In this document: in pieces, positions 46,102 to 57,032 of the stretch
How positions within the stretch are numbered: the stretch's first letter is position 1
Layout of the letters: the number at the start of each line of letters is the position of its first letter
Assembly: GCA_016218965.1 (NCBI GenBank)
Contig: JACRCP010000150.1
Location: 12,316 to 76,315, forward strand
Length of the DNA: 64,000 bases
Source of the DNA: Deltaproteobacteria bacterium
GTDB lineage: Bacteria; Myxococcota; SpSt-1050; JACRCP01
Direction: 5' to 3'
Made by a program: the position numbers and the translations under genes
Notes under the pieces: model-generated
Databases searched by the model: none
The model's input: the letters and a program-made list of their open reading frames with translations, nothing else
What the model was told of the DNA's origin: nothing

Positions 46102-48396
46102 TCACTGCTTCACGTACACGTCCTCGGGCAGTTTGGTCCGGTACGTCGCATCGATGTGGTCGATCAGGTCCAGCACCGAGCTTTCGTACTTCATCACCGC
46201 CGCGGACGTCGGATCGCCGTAACGGTCCGTCGTCATGTCAAGATAGAAAGTCCCGCCGTTGCACTCCCGCTCGGGAAACTCCGCCTTGGGCACCGGCCTC
46301 TCGACGCCGCCTTCGCCCACGCACCGGTACATGCTTCCGTCATCGGGGTCCCCCACGCACGCGCACTCGCGGGCCCCCGTCGCCTTGTTGATGAGACAGC
46401 ATTTCCCGTCGGGGTAGATGATGATGAATTTGGGGATCTTCCCGTCGGCCATGTAGCCCTGAAAGATGACGGCCGACGCACCCATATCGCCGGGATCCAT
46501 ACCGTATCCGTGCATGAAATAGATCACGGGGTAGCGTTTCTCCGCGTTGGCGGGGTCGTCGTACCCGGGCGGGAGCGAGATCGTGAATCGCCGCCAGGCG
46601 TCCATGCTGGGCGAATGGAACCATGTGTTCCTCGTAAGCCCGGCGAGCGTCCCGGTGTGCGGTTTTCGGTCGCCCCGGGGCCACCGCTTGGCGGCAAACG
46701 TGAACCACGTGAGGAACCGGTTGACCGCCTGCGGGATGGTCCCCACGTGCCCGCCGTCGCCGTCCTTGATTGCCTTCTGGCTCGCATCGGGCAGGCCGTA
46801 CAGGAGAAGGACGTTTTTTCCGAACACGTCGCGCGAAAAATCGATCTCCGTCACCAGGTTCATGAAGTCGCCTTCGTCGTCGGTGTCGGGGACCATCGCC
46901 CCCGGAAGCCCGACGAAGTGGTCGTAGACCGTGAACGGCAGCCCCGCCGCACGCAGCCGCCCGACCGTGTTGAGCGACCCGACGGCACTGTTGAAGACGT
47001 CCCTTATCCCGCCGTCGATGTAGATGTCCACGCGGTCGATCGCGGCCGGGTCGGCGGCGAGGCGCGTCATGTAGTTGATGGCGATGTCGTGCTCGAGCCA
47101 GTTCTTGACGCTTGGCGAGTAGTCGTATCGTCCGTTCGCCTCGCCGTAGTCGGCCGGCGCGGCGGCCGCCCCCCCCGCCGCCACACCGTCCAATCCGAAA
47201 TCGTCGTACGGCTCGCCCGTCTCGAAGAGCCAGTTGGCCTCGGTGCCGGCCCCGTTCTTCTCCCAGTCGTAGTCGTCATGGTTCGGGTCGCGGTTGTTGA
47301 CGGCGTCCCAGGGCCTTTCACATTTGCCCGCCTCGAAATCGCCGCCCGGACAGCAGCCGCCCTTCCCGTCCTCGGTGAGGTTGAAGCAGCCGTCGGCGCC
47401 GGTGTCGCTGAACCGCTCGCCGAAGTTCACCACCACCGGTTCCGCGTAGTCGCGCACGCCGTTCCGGTTGTAGTCCACGGCGGCAAGCACGATGGCCGGC
47501 CGGTCGTGGGCCGTGTAGTACGGATCATACGAACCCTTGAGCGTCCAGTAGTCCGGGTTGTTCTTGCCGCACTTCTGCTGTTCGCCGTGCCAGCAGCCGA
47601 CCGGCTCCTCGCCGTCGCAGAAAAAGACCAGCGGGTACTCACACTGCGGATTGTACTCGCGGTTGCAGTTGTAGGGCGGCGTGTCGATCGTGAGCGCGTG
47701 CCCCGGCTGGCACCGGTGGGGGTCGCTGAGCCACGCGTGGAACTGCGGGAGCGTCACGCCCGACGGGAGGTAGGGGCTCGCCTCGTTGTAGAAGTACGCG
47801 TTCCCAAGCCCCATCGAAAGGTCCTGGAAGATCTCTATCGCGTCGGTGCGGTCGAACTCGGCGCTGTAGTCGGCGAAGAACCAGTGGTTGAAGTCCTCGG
47901 GGTGTTCGTACGTCAGTCCGTGGTACGTCTGGTCGGGCGCTACGGGGCCGCAGTAGATGTGCGGGTTGTTGTCGGGGTCGTTGGCGTCGGCGAGGTTGTC
48001 GAGGATCTGCTGCATGGGACAGAACCCCGAAAGCTTGCGGTCCTTGACCATGTGGAGGAGATAGACCATGTCGATGTAGCCCCCGAGGGCGCCGACGAGG
48101 TCGAACTTGTCGGGGTGCCGGCCGCCGATGAAACCCGTGGCGCACGCGCCCATGGAAACCCCCGAGATGGCACGGTACGTGAAGTGCCTGAGCACCCCGC
48201 CGTCGGTCGGCTCCTCGTCGTCGTCCCCGCCGCCCGCCCCAGCGTCGCCCGCCTGCCCGCCCGTGTCCGGCGGCGCGCCGTCCAGCCCCCCGTCGGCCCC
48301 CTGCGCCGAAGGCGGCAGGATCTCGTTTTCGAGACAGCCGCCCAGGGCGAGGACGGAGCACGCCAGAAAGAAGAGTCCGACTCGGTTTCGTGCCAT
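46102..48396 (-). CDS. Lipoprotein alpha/beta-hydrolase (putative esterase family), apparently circularly permuted
   Basis: Lipobox LGGC; RAISGVSMG/HPDKF near the N-terminus, IYIDGG.RD and GGH in the middle, LPPGY..YPVIYFMHG...LIDHIDATYRT at the C-terminus. Confidence 0.75.
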   Translation of the reverse strand: MARNRVGLFFLACSVLALGGCLENEILPPSAQGADGGLDGAPPDTGGQAGDAGAGGGDDDEEPTDGGVLRHFTYRAISGVSMGACATGFIGGRHPDKFDLVGALGGYIDMVYLLHMVKDRKLSGFCPMQQILDNLADANDPDNNPHIYCGPVAPDQTYHGLTYEHPEDFNHWFFADYSAEFDRTDAIEIFQDLSMGLGNAYFYNEASPYLPSGVTLPQFHAWLSDPHRCQPGHALTIDTPPYNCNREYNPQCEYPLVFFCDGEEPVGCWHGEQQKCGKNNPDYWTLKGSYDPYYTAHDRPAIVLAAVDYNRNGVRDYAEPVVVNFGERFSDTGADGCFNLTEDGKGGCCPGGDFEAGKCERPWDAVNNRDPNHDDYDWEKNGAGTEANWLFETGEPYDDFGLDGVAAGGAAAAPADYGEANGRYDYSPSVKNWLEHDIAINYMTRLAADPAAIDRVDIYIDGGIRDVFNSAVGSLNTVGRLRAAGLPFTVYDHFVGLPGAMVPDTDDEGDFMNLVTEIDFSRDVFGKNVLLLYGLPDASQKAIKDGDGGHVGTIPQAVNRFLTWFTFAAKRWPRGDRKPHTGTLAGLTRNTWFHSPSMDAWRRFTISLPPGYDDPANAEKRYPVIYFMHGYGMDPGDMGASAVIFQGYMADGKIPKFIIIYPDGKCCLINKATGARECACVGDPDDGSMYRCVGEGGVERPVPKAEFPERECNGGTFYLDMTTDRYGDPTSAAVMKYESSVLDLIDHIDATYRTKLPEDVYVKQ

Positions 48397-48412
48397 AGGT
48401 TACCCCAAAGTG

Positions 48413-51088
48413 TCACTTCACCGGCGCGTCGAAGGCACCGTTGCCGTCTACGTCGGCGAAGATTGGGTTTGTGAACGCGAACGACCTTGCGCTTTGCACG
48501 GGCTCGCGCCCGCGGTCACCGGAAACCAGCACCACGTACCACGTGTCGGCCGCGGGCGTGAACGGAAGCACGCCGTCGAACCTGACGACCGGGTTCTGCG
48601 GGTCGGCCGTCGTGTCGTCGAGCGCCTGGACGTGGACCTCCTCGCCGTTTGCCACAACTTTGAGGGTGTTCACGTCCATCCACGACGGGGCCTGGACCTT
48701 GATCGCAAGGTCCACCTGCCCCCCGGAAACCGCGGCGACCTCCCCGAACGTCTTGCCGCCTATTGAGGCCGTGACGAAAGGCCCCGTGCTCACGATCATC
48801 TTCATGGCCCGGGAGTTCCGGGCAAGCTCCAAAACGTCGAACGCACCCGGCGAGTCCGTCCCCGAGGCGATCCAGTTCCGCACCGTGCCGACGGACCCCA
48901 AAAGGTCGTGGACATCCGAGCCGGACGACCCGACAAAGCGGTGACCGCGGTTCAAGAAAGAGTACCAGTCGGGCAGGGTCTCTTTGAGCGCCGTGTCTAT
49001 CCCGCCGCCGTTGATGATCTCGATGAGATCGAACTGCTCCGACCAGTTGTCGGGCTTTTCAAACGACCCGGCCGCGCGGTCGTAGCCCACCGCGCTGAAG
49101 TAGCCGCCGATCGACTGCGTGCGCGGGTGGTTGACCTGCACGACCGGCTGGCCCGGGTACGCCGCCATCTCGGCCAGGAGCTCGGGCGCCATTTTTTCGT
49201 ACCAAACAAATGCGCCGTCGTTGACCGCGGCGGGCGCCGGGACGAGCGGCCACGCGTTGAAGTGGCCGTAGACGTAGGTCGTGATCTCCGAGCCCACAAT
49301 CGGATGCACCCACCCCGTGACGCCCAAAACCTCGGCCGCCGGCGTCCAGTCCTTGATGAAGTCGTGCTCGGTCGCAACCGGCGCCTCGACCCCTTCGGCC
49401 GCCGCGGAGGCCACACGATCGGTAAACGGCACGTCGCTGTCGGGGCTTGCCAGGGCATGGATATGGAAGTCGCTCGAGACATAGCCGATCGTGTCGACTG
49501 CGCGCGCAAGCGCCGCCTGAACGCCGACGGTCTGCCCCGTGGCCAGCGCGAAATCCTGCTCGTTTATCTCGTATTCGAAGCCGCGCCCGACCGTGACGGT
49601 GTACGTGCCCGCCGGCAACTCGACGCGGCCGCTTCCGGTCGCCGAGTACGCCACCCATTGATGGCCCGAGTCCCACACCTGTTCGCCGAACCCGGGTCCG
49701 GGCACTACCCGCCCCTCGTGACGGTCGAAAGCCAGCTTGGCCGGCATCGCCGCCCCGCCATCGCCGGTCACCGCGAACTCTACCGCGCCCGCGCCGGGAA
49801 GGACGAGATCGCGGGCCGCATCCTGCCCGGCCGAAACGGTCACCGCCTCGCCCGCCGCGAAATCGTGGCCGTCGGCAAACGGGACAAGCCGGTACTCGCC
49901 CGCGGGGACCTCGACCGAGGAAGCCCCGTCCGCGCCCGCGACGGTCTGCGTGGCGTGGTTCTTCCCGGCGGCGCCGGCGTTGTCGAGAACGTGGATGCGG
50001 GCGCCCGGCACGGGGGTCACGCCGTCGGCCGCAAGGACCTTGCCCGCCACGCGGCCGAGGCCCGCGGTCCCGGCCCACTTGTTGTATGCGCGCAGGACGG
50101 AATCCGCCCCGCCGCCGCCAATGGCGATGAAACGCCTGAACTCGAGAACTTCCTTGGGATTCGCATGAAGGTCGGCGACGGTCGAGAACACCATCCCCTC
50201 GTACCGGAGGAGCACGGTCATGTCCCCGTCCTCGCCGAAGAAGCCGTACGAAACCTCGTTTCCGGCAAGCACGACAAGCGGCAGCTTGTTCTTCACCGCC
50301 TCCGCGTCGAACCCGCTCCCCGTCGCGAAGTACTTGAGCCCGTCGCCCATGAAGAACGCGTGGAAGTTGTTGACAAGGTCCACCGGGCGCTTGCCGCCGT
50401 AGGCGAAGCTCGTGCGGACCTCCAGGACGTCCGAATCGGGGGCGAGGACGTAGTCGGTCGTGATCGTCGTTTCGAGCGGCGTGTCCTCGAGCACCTGGCC
50501 AAACGGCGTGGTCTCGATGAACGGAAGCCCCTTGTCGGGTCCCACAGCGCGGATCACGGCGGGCTGGCCTTCTCCGCCGTCGTTTATTGCTTCGACCGAC
50601 TCGGGGTCCAGAAGCCTCACGCCGAACCCGAAGAAGTACTCGCCAAAGAGGCCCTGCCCCGGATCTTCGGGCGCGCGCACAATGTCCGCATCGGCGATTG
50701 TGCCGCCGTAGACCCCCCAACCGTCCGAGGGCCGCGCGCCTTCGATGACGACGCGTATCTTGGAGTTGTATATCTTGAAATCCCCGACCTGCCCCTTCGG
50801 CAGCGCCCCGCCAATCAGCTCGTCGTCGCGCGTGATCCTGCCCGCGCGGACCTCGCCCGGCCCCATGGGCACCGTCAGGTCGAGCGGCGGTTGGCCGGCG
50901 TCGCCGTCGTTCCCGATGTCCCCGCTCCCCGCGTCCGCGGGTCCGCCGGTGTCTGCCATCGTCCCTGTATCCGAAATCCCGGCGTCCTGAGATTCATCCG
51001 CCGGCTTGTCGCCTCCGTCGCCGCACGCGAGCATCCCTCCCGAACACACGAACACAAAACAAACGAGGGCGCGCAACGTAATGTTCAT
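48413..51088 (-). CDS. CehA/McbA-family PHP metallohydrolase lipoprotein
   Basis: Lipobox MLAC; carboxypeptidase-regulatory-like beta domains; DFHIH, ATEHD, GSEIT..YGHFN, NHPR and GSDVH; start MNITLR after GGAGG. Confidence 0.85.
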   Translation of the reverse strand: MNITLRALVCFVFVCSGGMLACGDGGDKPADESQDAGISDTGTMADTGGPADAGSGDIGNDGDAGQPPLDLTVPMGPGEVRAGRITRDDELIGGALPKGQVGDFKIYNSKIRVVIEGARPSDGWGVYGGTIADADIVRAPEDPGQGLFGEYFFGFGVRLLDPESVEAINDGGEGQPAVIRAVGPDKGLPFIETTPFGQVLEDTPLETTITTDYVLAPDSDVLEVRTSFAYGGKRPVDLVNNFHAFFMGDGLKYFATGSGFDAEAVKNKLPLVVLAGNEVSYGFFGEDGDMTVLLRYEGMVFSTVADLHANPKEVLEFRRFIAIGGGGADSVLRAYNKWAGTAGLGRVAGKVLAADGVTPVPGARIHVLDNAGAAGKNHATQTVAGADGASSVEVPAGEYRLVPFADGHDFAAGEAVTVSAGQDAARDLVLPGAGAVEFAVTGDGGAAMPAKLAFDRHEGRVVPGPGFGEQVWDSGHQWVAYSATGSGRVELPAGTYTVTVGRGFEYEINEQDFALATGQTVGVQAALARAVDTIGYVSSDFHIHALASPDSDVPFTDRVASAAAEGVEAPVATEHDFIKDWTPAAEVLGVTGWVHPIVGSEITTYVYGHFNAWPLVPAPAAVNDGAFVWYEKMAPELLAEMAAYPGQPVVQVNHPRTQSIGGYFSAVGYDRAAGSFEKPDNWSEQFDLIEIINGGGIDTALKETLPDWYSFLNRGHRFVGSSGSDVHDLLGSVGTVRNWIASGTDSPGAFDVLELARNSRAMKMIVSTGPFVTASIGGKTFGEVAAVSGGQVDLAIKVQAPSWMDVNTLKVVANGEEVHVQALDDTTADPQNPVVRFDGVLPFTPAADTWYVVLVSGDRGREPVQSARSFAFTNPIFADVDGNGAFDAPVK

Positions 51089-51131
51089 GTCAACCTCCCT
51101 GTCTTCGATCAAACGGGCAAAACCGCTCTGG

Positions 51132-52436
<1,305 letters not shown>

Positions 52437-52513
52437 TTACCCCCAAAAAGACGGGGAGCAAACGAATTCGGTCCTGTTTGCAGGCACCGCAGGCTCCGGG
52501 CGACCCGCGCGGA

Positions 52514-53269
52514 CTACAGCACCATCCTCCTCCGCATCAGGACGAACGGTACCGGCGCCAGGAGGGCCGCGACGCCAAAGAGATAGGCGAGGCTCCAAGG
52601 GATCGCGGCCAGGTCCCCGGCGGCGCAGGCGCGGCAGACGGCGACCAGGTGATACAGGGGCGTGAACCCGGCGGCGATCGAGACGAAAGCCGGCATCCCG
52701 TCGAGCGGAAAGAAGATGCCCGAGAACAGGAGCATCGGCGTGAGGAACAGCGTATAGAAGTAGTTGAAGCTGTCGATCCCGGGGACGACCGAAACGAACA
52801 CGACGCAGATCTCGGCCACCAAAAGCCCGCCCACGAACACCGCGGGGATGGCGACCACCACCAGCGGGGACTTCACGAGACCGAACGCCGAGATGACGAT
52901 CATGATGATGGTGCCGTAGAGCACGCTCTTGGATGCCCCCCACGCGATCTCCGCCGCGGTGATCTCATCCACGCCGATGGGCGTCGCCAGAATCCCGTCA
53001 AACGTCTTCTGAAACGTCATCCGTACGTACGTCCCGTAGGTGCACTCGTAGACCGCGGCGAAAACCGCCGACGAGGCTATCATCCCCGGCGCAATGAAAT
53101 TGACGTACGGCTGGCCCTTGATTTCGCTCACGAACCCCCCAAGGCCGAGCCCGAACGCGGCAAGATACAGAATCGGCTCGACGAAGTTGAGCACTATGCT
53201 CGACTTGTACAGCTTGGTGTACACCGTGAAGTTGCGCTGCCAGACCCGGAATGCGCCCTTAATCCGCAA
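52514..53269 (-). CDS. ABC-2 type exporter permease (NodJ-like)
   Basis: EPILYL.AFG.GLG, FIAPG and LFSGIFFP; about 6 TM. Confidence 0.88.
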   Translation of the reverse strand: MRIKGAFRVWQRNFTVYTKLYKSSIVLNFVEPILYLAAFGLGLGGFVSEIKGQPYVNFIAPGMIASSAVFAAVYECTYGTYVRMTFQKTFDGILATPIGVDEITAAEIAWGASKSVLYGTIIMIVISAFGLVKSPLVVVAIPAVFVGGLLVAEICVVFVSVVPGIDSFNYFYTLFLTPMLLFSGIFFPLDGMPAFVSIAAGFTPLYHLVAVCRACAAGDLAAIPWSLAYLFGVAALLAPVPFVLMRRRMVL

Positions 53270-53999
53270 GCGACCTCCCCGTGAGCTTGAGGTAAACCGA
53301 CTCGAGGTTGCCGCCGTGCGCTTCCATGAGAGCCTTCGGCGTGTCCGTCGTGACGATCCGCCCCGAGTCCATTATCGCCACACGGTCGCAGACCCGTTCG
53401 GCCTCTTCCATGTAGTGCGTCGTAAGAAGGAGCGTGGTGCCTTCGGCCTTGAGCGCCGCGAGCTTGTCCCAGACCGCCCGCCGGCTGTGGGGGTCGAGCC
53501 CGGTGGTCGGTTCGTCGAGAACGAGGACCTCCGGCCGGTTGATGAGAGCGCGCGCGAGCAAGAGCCTCCGGCGCATCCCGCCCGAGAGCTTGGGGACCTT
53601 GACCGAAGCCTTGTCGGAAAGCTCCACGAATTCCAGGAGCGCCGCGGTGCGTTCTTGCGCGGTCGTTCGCGGGATGTCGAAGTACCGGCTGTAGACGATG
53701 AGGTTCTCGAGGACGCCGAGATCGACGTCGAGGCTGTCGTCCTGCGGCATCACCCCCAACCTCGCCTTGATGGCCGAACAGTCCCTGGTGACGTCCATTC
53801 CTAGAACGCTTGCCGACCCCGACGTCGGAGGCATGTAGCAGCAGACAATGCGCATGGCCGTCGTCTTGCCCGCGCCGTTCGGCCCCAGGAACCCGAAACA
53901 CTCGCCCCGGACAATCGAGAACCGGACCCCCGCAAGCGCCCTGACGCCGTCGTAGTCCTTGACGAGATCCGTTGCAGAAATGACGATTTGCCCGTCCAT
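53259..53999 (-). CDS. ABC exporter ATP-binding subunit (NodI-like)
   Basis: GPNGAGKTT, LSGGMRRR, LDEPTTGLDP and TTHYMEEAE. Confidence 0.93.
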   Translation of the reverse strand: MDGQIVISATDLVKDYDGVRALAGVRFSIVRGECFGFLGPNGAGKTTAMRIVCCYMPPTSGSASVLGMDVTRDCSAIKARLGVMPQDDSLDVDLGVLENLIVYSRYFDIPRTTAQERTAALLEFVELSDKASVKVPKLSGGMRRRLLLARALINRPEVLVLDEPTTGLDPHSRRAVWDKLAALKAEGTTLLLTTHYMEEAERVCDRVAIMDSGRIVTTDTPKALMEAHGGNLESVYLKLTGRSLAD

Positions 54000-54000
54000 T

Positions 54001-54040
54001 CGCGCGCGATACTACACGCCCCTCCCCCGCCGTTCAACCG
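54001..54040 (-). promoter_or_regulatory. 40 bp direct repeat, copy 1, containing a sigma70 promoter
   Basis: Minus strand TTGAAC-17 bp-TAGTAT, 9 nt before the ATG at 53999; identical to 56970-57009. Confidence 0.8.
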
Positions 54041-54101
54041 TCGCGTTCGGCCCGGCAAACAACCGGCCGGTAGTCATGCCAATCGATGAACCTGGAAACA
54101 C

Positions 54102-54139
54102 AAAACCCCGCCTGAGGCCTTTCGGCTGGTCCGGCGGGG
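54102..54139 (-). terminator. Putative intrinsic terminator
   Basis: Minus strand CCCCGCC...GGCGGGG stem followed by TTTTG. Confidence 0.45.
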
Positions 54140-54463
54140 AGCAGATCTCAATTCACTGATGCAAAGCCCCTTATGTGCACTCGCCTGGACAACCCCGATG
54201 AAACTTCCTGACGCCCTGTTCACGGATGCAGCGGTTAGACTCAGCCAAGCAGGCAACGAGAAAAAGAGCCCCAGAGCAGAGAGATCCCGCGTGGCCGCAA
54301 TGAAGCAGCGGCACACCTGGGAGTGCCTCCGAGACAACATCAACCCGGTGACCGATCAGGACTCAACGTGGGCAAGGAGGGTGGGCGAGCCAAAGGGATG
54401 ACAAGGGCCGGATCAGATTGGCATTTGGCTTTTCATAACCTACGCCGCTCAACCATTTCTCAA

Positions 54464-55340
54464 TCATCCCCTGTTGCCGGTCGCGGCTAGATACTCCGTC
54501 AGCCAGTCAATCAAAGGCTCGATGTCTGCTTTCGCGAGCTTCCGGATCCCCTGCGCATATCGTGTGTTTACGACCTTCTTGCCGACCGGCTCACCCCGCT
54601 TCACCGCCTGAAGTCCTTCCAGAACACGGCGCGTTGAGCTTACTCGGCGCGCAACGAAGGCCTCCAGCCCTTCTTCGTCCGAGAAGAACGACAACTGAGC
54701 AGGCTCGGGCACAGTTTCACCACCCACGCCTTCTGGGGCAGGAAGTTCCTTCCAGATTCGAGTTGTGATGTTTCCCAGAGGCTCGGGGAGCCTTACGTCG
54801 CGGTAAAGCTTGATAGAGATGGCCTGGATATCTTTGCGCGAATGAACCTGGGCGATCTGTCAGTTTGGACACCTGCTTGGGAAGCCAGACCAGATTCGGG
54901 ATGAAGGAGTTGGTTTCCGGATTGTCATGAACCCGCCAAGCATGCGAAGCCACGTAACCTTTGCCAAGGAAACGTTTGTCATAGAGTTCCTGGCTTGCCG
55001 AACTGCGGATGCGCAATGGTTTTGGAAGACCCTTGATAAGCGAGTTGTCGTCACGGAAGAAACCTTCCTTGGCAGGCTCGCCCCAGTGCTCCCTGCCATC
55101 CTTGGACGCGCCCTTGCGGCAGCTATTGTCGCGCACGGCGAACGGAACAAGAACTGGCCACTTCTGGTAAAGAGTCGGCGACAACCAGATCCCGAGATCT
55201 GCGATCAGGCGAGACACCAGTGGCGGGAACAACTCCTCGTCCTGTTGCAGGATCTTCTGCAAGTAATGGTAGATCACATCGTCGCCGTCGTTGAGCAACT
55301 TGCGCTTTGACATGCTTTTTTCCATCTTCAGGGACGCCAA
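54464..55340 (-). pseudogene. Lower-GC gene split by a frameshift near 54828; possible HNH-like nuclease
   Basis: ORFs 54717-55340 and 54464-54727 join via ..AQRY/IQAISIKLYRD..GVGGETVPE; motif ASHAW..NSFIPNLVWLP..SKLTD; own TTGACG-16 bp-TATAGT promoter. Confidence 0.6.
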
Positions 55341-55576
55341 AACACCATCGCATTGAGGTGTACTATAGTTTGATAGTCGCTGGCGTCAAGCCGGGAATGG
55401 CTTGCCGTCCCCCAGATTTCAGCAGATCGGTTTGGGGGGGATCCGGGGGTCAGACACTGTCACTTGACGCATATGGTCAATCCCGAACGGCGGTAGGCGG
55501 CGGGGGCGGTGGGCGGTAGAAGACGAGGGGACCACAAGAACGTGTCCGTCGTCGAGGGAGGCACTCGCAGGCCGGT

Positions 55577-56968
55577 TCAACGCGCACGGATGCTTAGGCA
55601 GTTGGTGATTGCGAGGTCGTTGTTGAGGCTCGAGTCGAGCTTTCGCCACGTCCGGGCGAAGACGATGCCATCGTCTTCAATCGGAACGTCCACCTCGAAA
55701 TGATAGTCGAACGCCTTTCGCGACCACAGTTGGTCGTCGTTTTCGAACACGTCCGTAATCTCGATTGACGGCGGGGTCGTCCCGCCCTGCTCGCGATGAT
55801 CCTCACAGGACCCGGGACGGACGGCGCTCAAGAGCACCGAGGCGCCCCGGCGCTGGTGACCGCGGATGACGAATCTGATCGTCTCACCGGCCGGGAGGTC
55901 GATCTCGTCCCCGGGCATCCCGAGAAACTCGCCGGCCTCGTCTAACGCCCAGAGCTCGATCATGTTGTCGAAGTCGTGGACGGCGACGTGCCCGGCGTTG
56001 AGCCCTTCGATCACCCCCGGCCACGTGAAATCCCTCGCGTAGACGCTCGTGCGCGCCTGCCCGAGCGCAACATCCATGAGGTCGTCGCTCTCGAGCGGCG
56101 TGCCCACGCGGTGGCAGTCGCTCGACCCCGTAGGGACCGTCTTTTTGCCCTGGCTCCAATCGCAAAGCCACGCGTTCATGCCGTCGAGGTCGCCGTCGTC
56201 GAAGCGCAGGCCGCCGTTCCAGATCTCGATCGCATCATATTCCATTGAGGTCCAGTCGTACTCGGTCCAGACCGCAATGTTGAACGGATGGTGCACCACG
56301 GCAAGGCCGCCGATGTCGTGAATGACCTGCACGTTCTGCCCGCCGGACACCTCGCCCACTGGTCGATCGACGAACGCGAAACCGGGCGCGGTGCCGCCGA
56401 ACGTCTTGAGGTCTTTGGGAACGCATCCCAGATGGCCCCGCGGCTCGTTCGGCGGATAGCCGGGGTCCCCTTTCTTTTCGGCCTGAATGGGGCTCACCTC
56501 GTTCCCGTCGGCCATCAGGAAGACGCCCGGCTCCGAGAGGGCGGCGGCCTCGTCCCAGTACGGGAATTCCGGCCCCACGTTCATGCACTCGGGTGCGATC
56601 TTGCCTTTTGCGCAGCCGGTTGCGTCGGAGTGGTCGGTAAGGACGACGAACTGAAGACCGCGCTCCAGCGCCACGCGCTTTATGTCGGCGGGGTGCGAAA
56701 GGTCGTCGGTGTCGTGCGAGGCCCCGGTCGCATGGACGTGCATGTCCCCCGCCAGCCAGACACCACCCGCGTCGAAGCTCCACACGTCGGCCTGCGCCGC
56801 GTCGACGCCGCCGTCGGTTTTGTCCCCGCCGGCGTCCGGCCCCCGCGCGTCGGTCCCCGCACCGGCCGCCGGCCCGCCGTCCGCGGCGATCCCGGTTTCC
56901 CCGCACGCGGAAAGCAGAGCGCCCGCGCAGACGAGCACGCAAAGAAGGCGTTTGGCGGTGGCTTTCAT
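55577..56968 (-). CDS. CehA/McbA-family PHP metallohydrolase lipoprotein
   Basis: Lipobox LSAC; WLAGDMHVH, LTDH, GNEV, HHP, IEIWNG and GSSDCH. Confidence 0.88.
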   Translation of the reverse strand: MKATAKRLLCVLVCAGALLSACGETGIAADGGPAAGAGTDARGPDAGGDKTDGGVDAAQADVWSFDAGGVWLAGDMHVHATGASHDTDDLSHPADIKRVALERGLQFVVLTDHSDATGCAKGKIAPECMNVGPEFPYWDEAAALSEPGVFLMADGNEVSPIQAEKKGDPGYPPNEPRGHLGCVPKDLKTFGGTAPGFAFVDRPVGEVSGGQNVQVIHDIGGLAVVHHPFNIAVWTEYDWTSMEYDAIEIWNGGLRFDDGDLDGMNAWLCDWSQGKKTVPTGSSDCHRVGTPLESDDLMDVALGQARTSVYARDFTWPGVIEGLNAGHVAVHDFDNMIELWALDEAGEFLGMPGDEIDLPAGETIRFVIRGHQRRGASVLLSAVRPGSCEDHREQGGTTPPSIEITDVFENDDQLWSRKAFDYHFEVDVPIEDDGIVFARTWRKLDSSLNNDLAITNCLSIRAR

Positions 56969-56969
56969 C

Positions 56970-57009
56970 CGCGCGCGATACTACACGCCCCTCCCCCGCC
57001 GTTCAACCG
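56970..57009 (-). promoter_or_regulatory. 40 bp direct repeat, copy 2, containing a sigma70 promoter
   Basis: Identical to 54001-54040; -10 box lies 9 nt before the ATG at 56968. Confidence 0.8.
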
Positions 57010-57032
57010 GGAATCGGGTGGGCAGTGGACTT

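Noticed and set aside
52514..53999. Nod factor export (nodIJ)
   Set aside because: Generic ABC-2 family similarity only; no nod biosynthesis genes.
54074..54460. Small ORFs 54074-54343 and 54159-54401
   Set aside because: No motifs or convincing starts; looks like decayed foreign DNA.
54001..57009. Prophage or integrative element defined by the 40 bp repeats
   Set aside because: No integrase, transposase, tRNA target or phage genes; kept only as a repeat-bounded segment.
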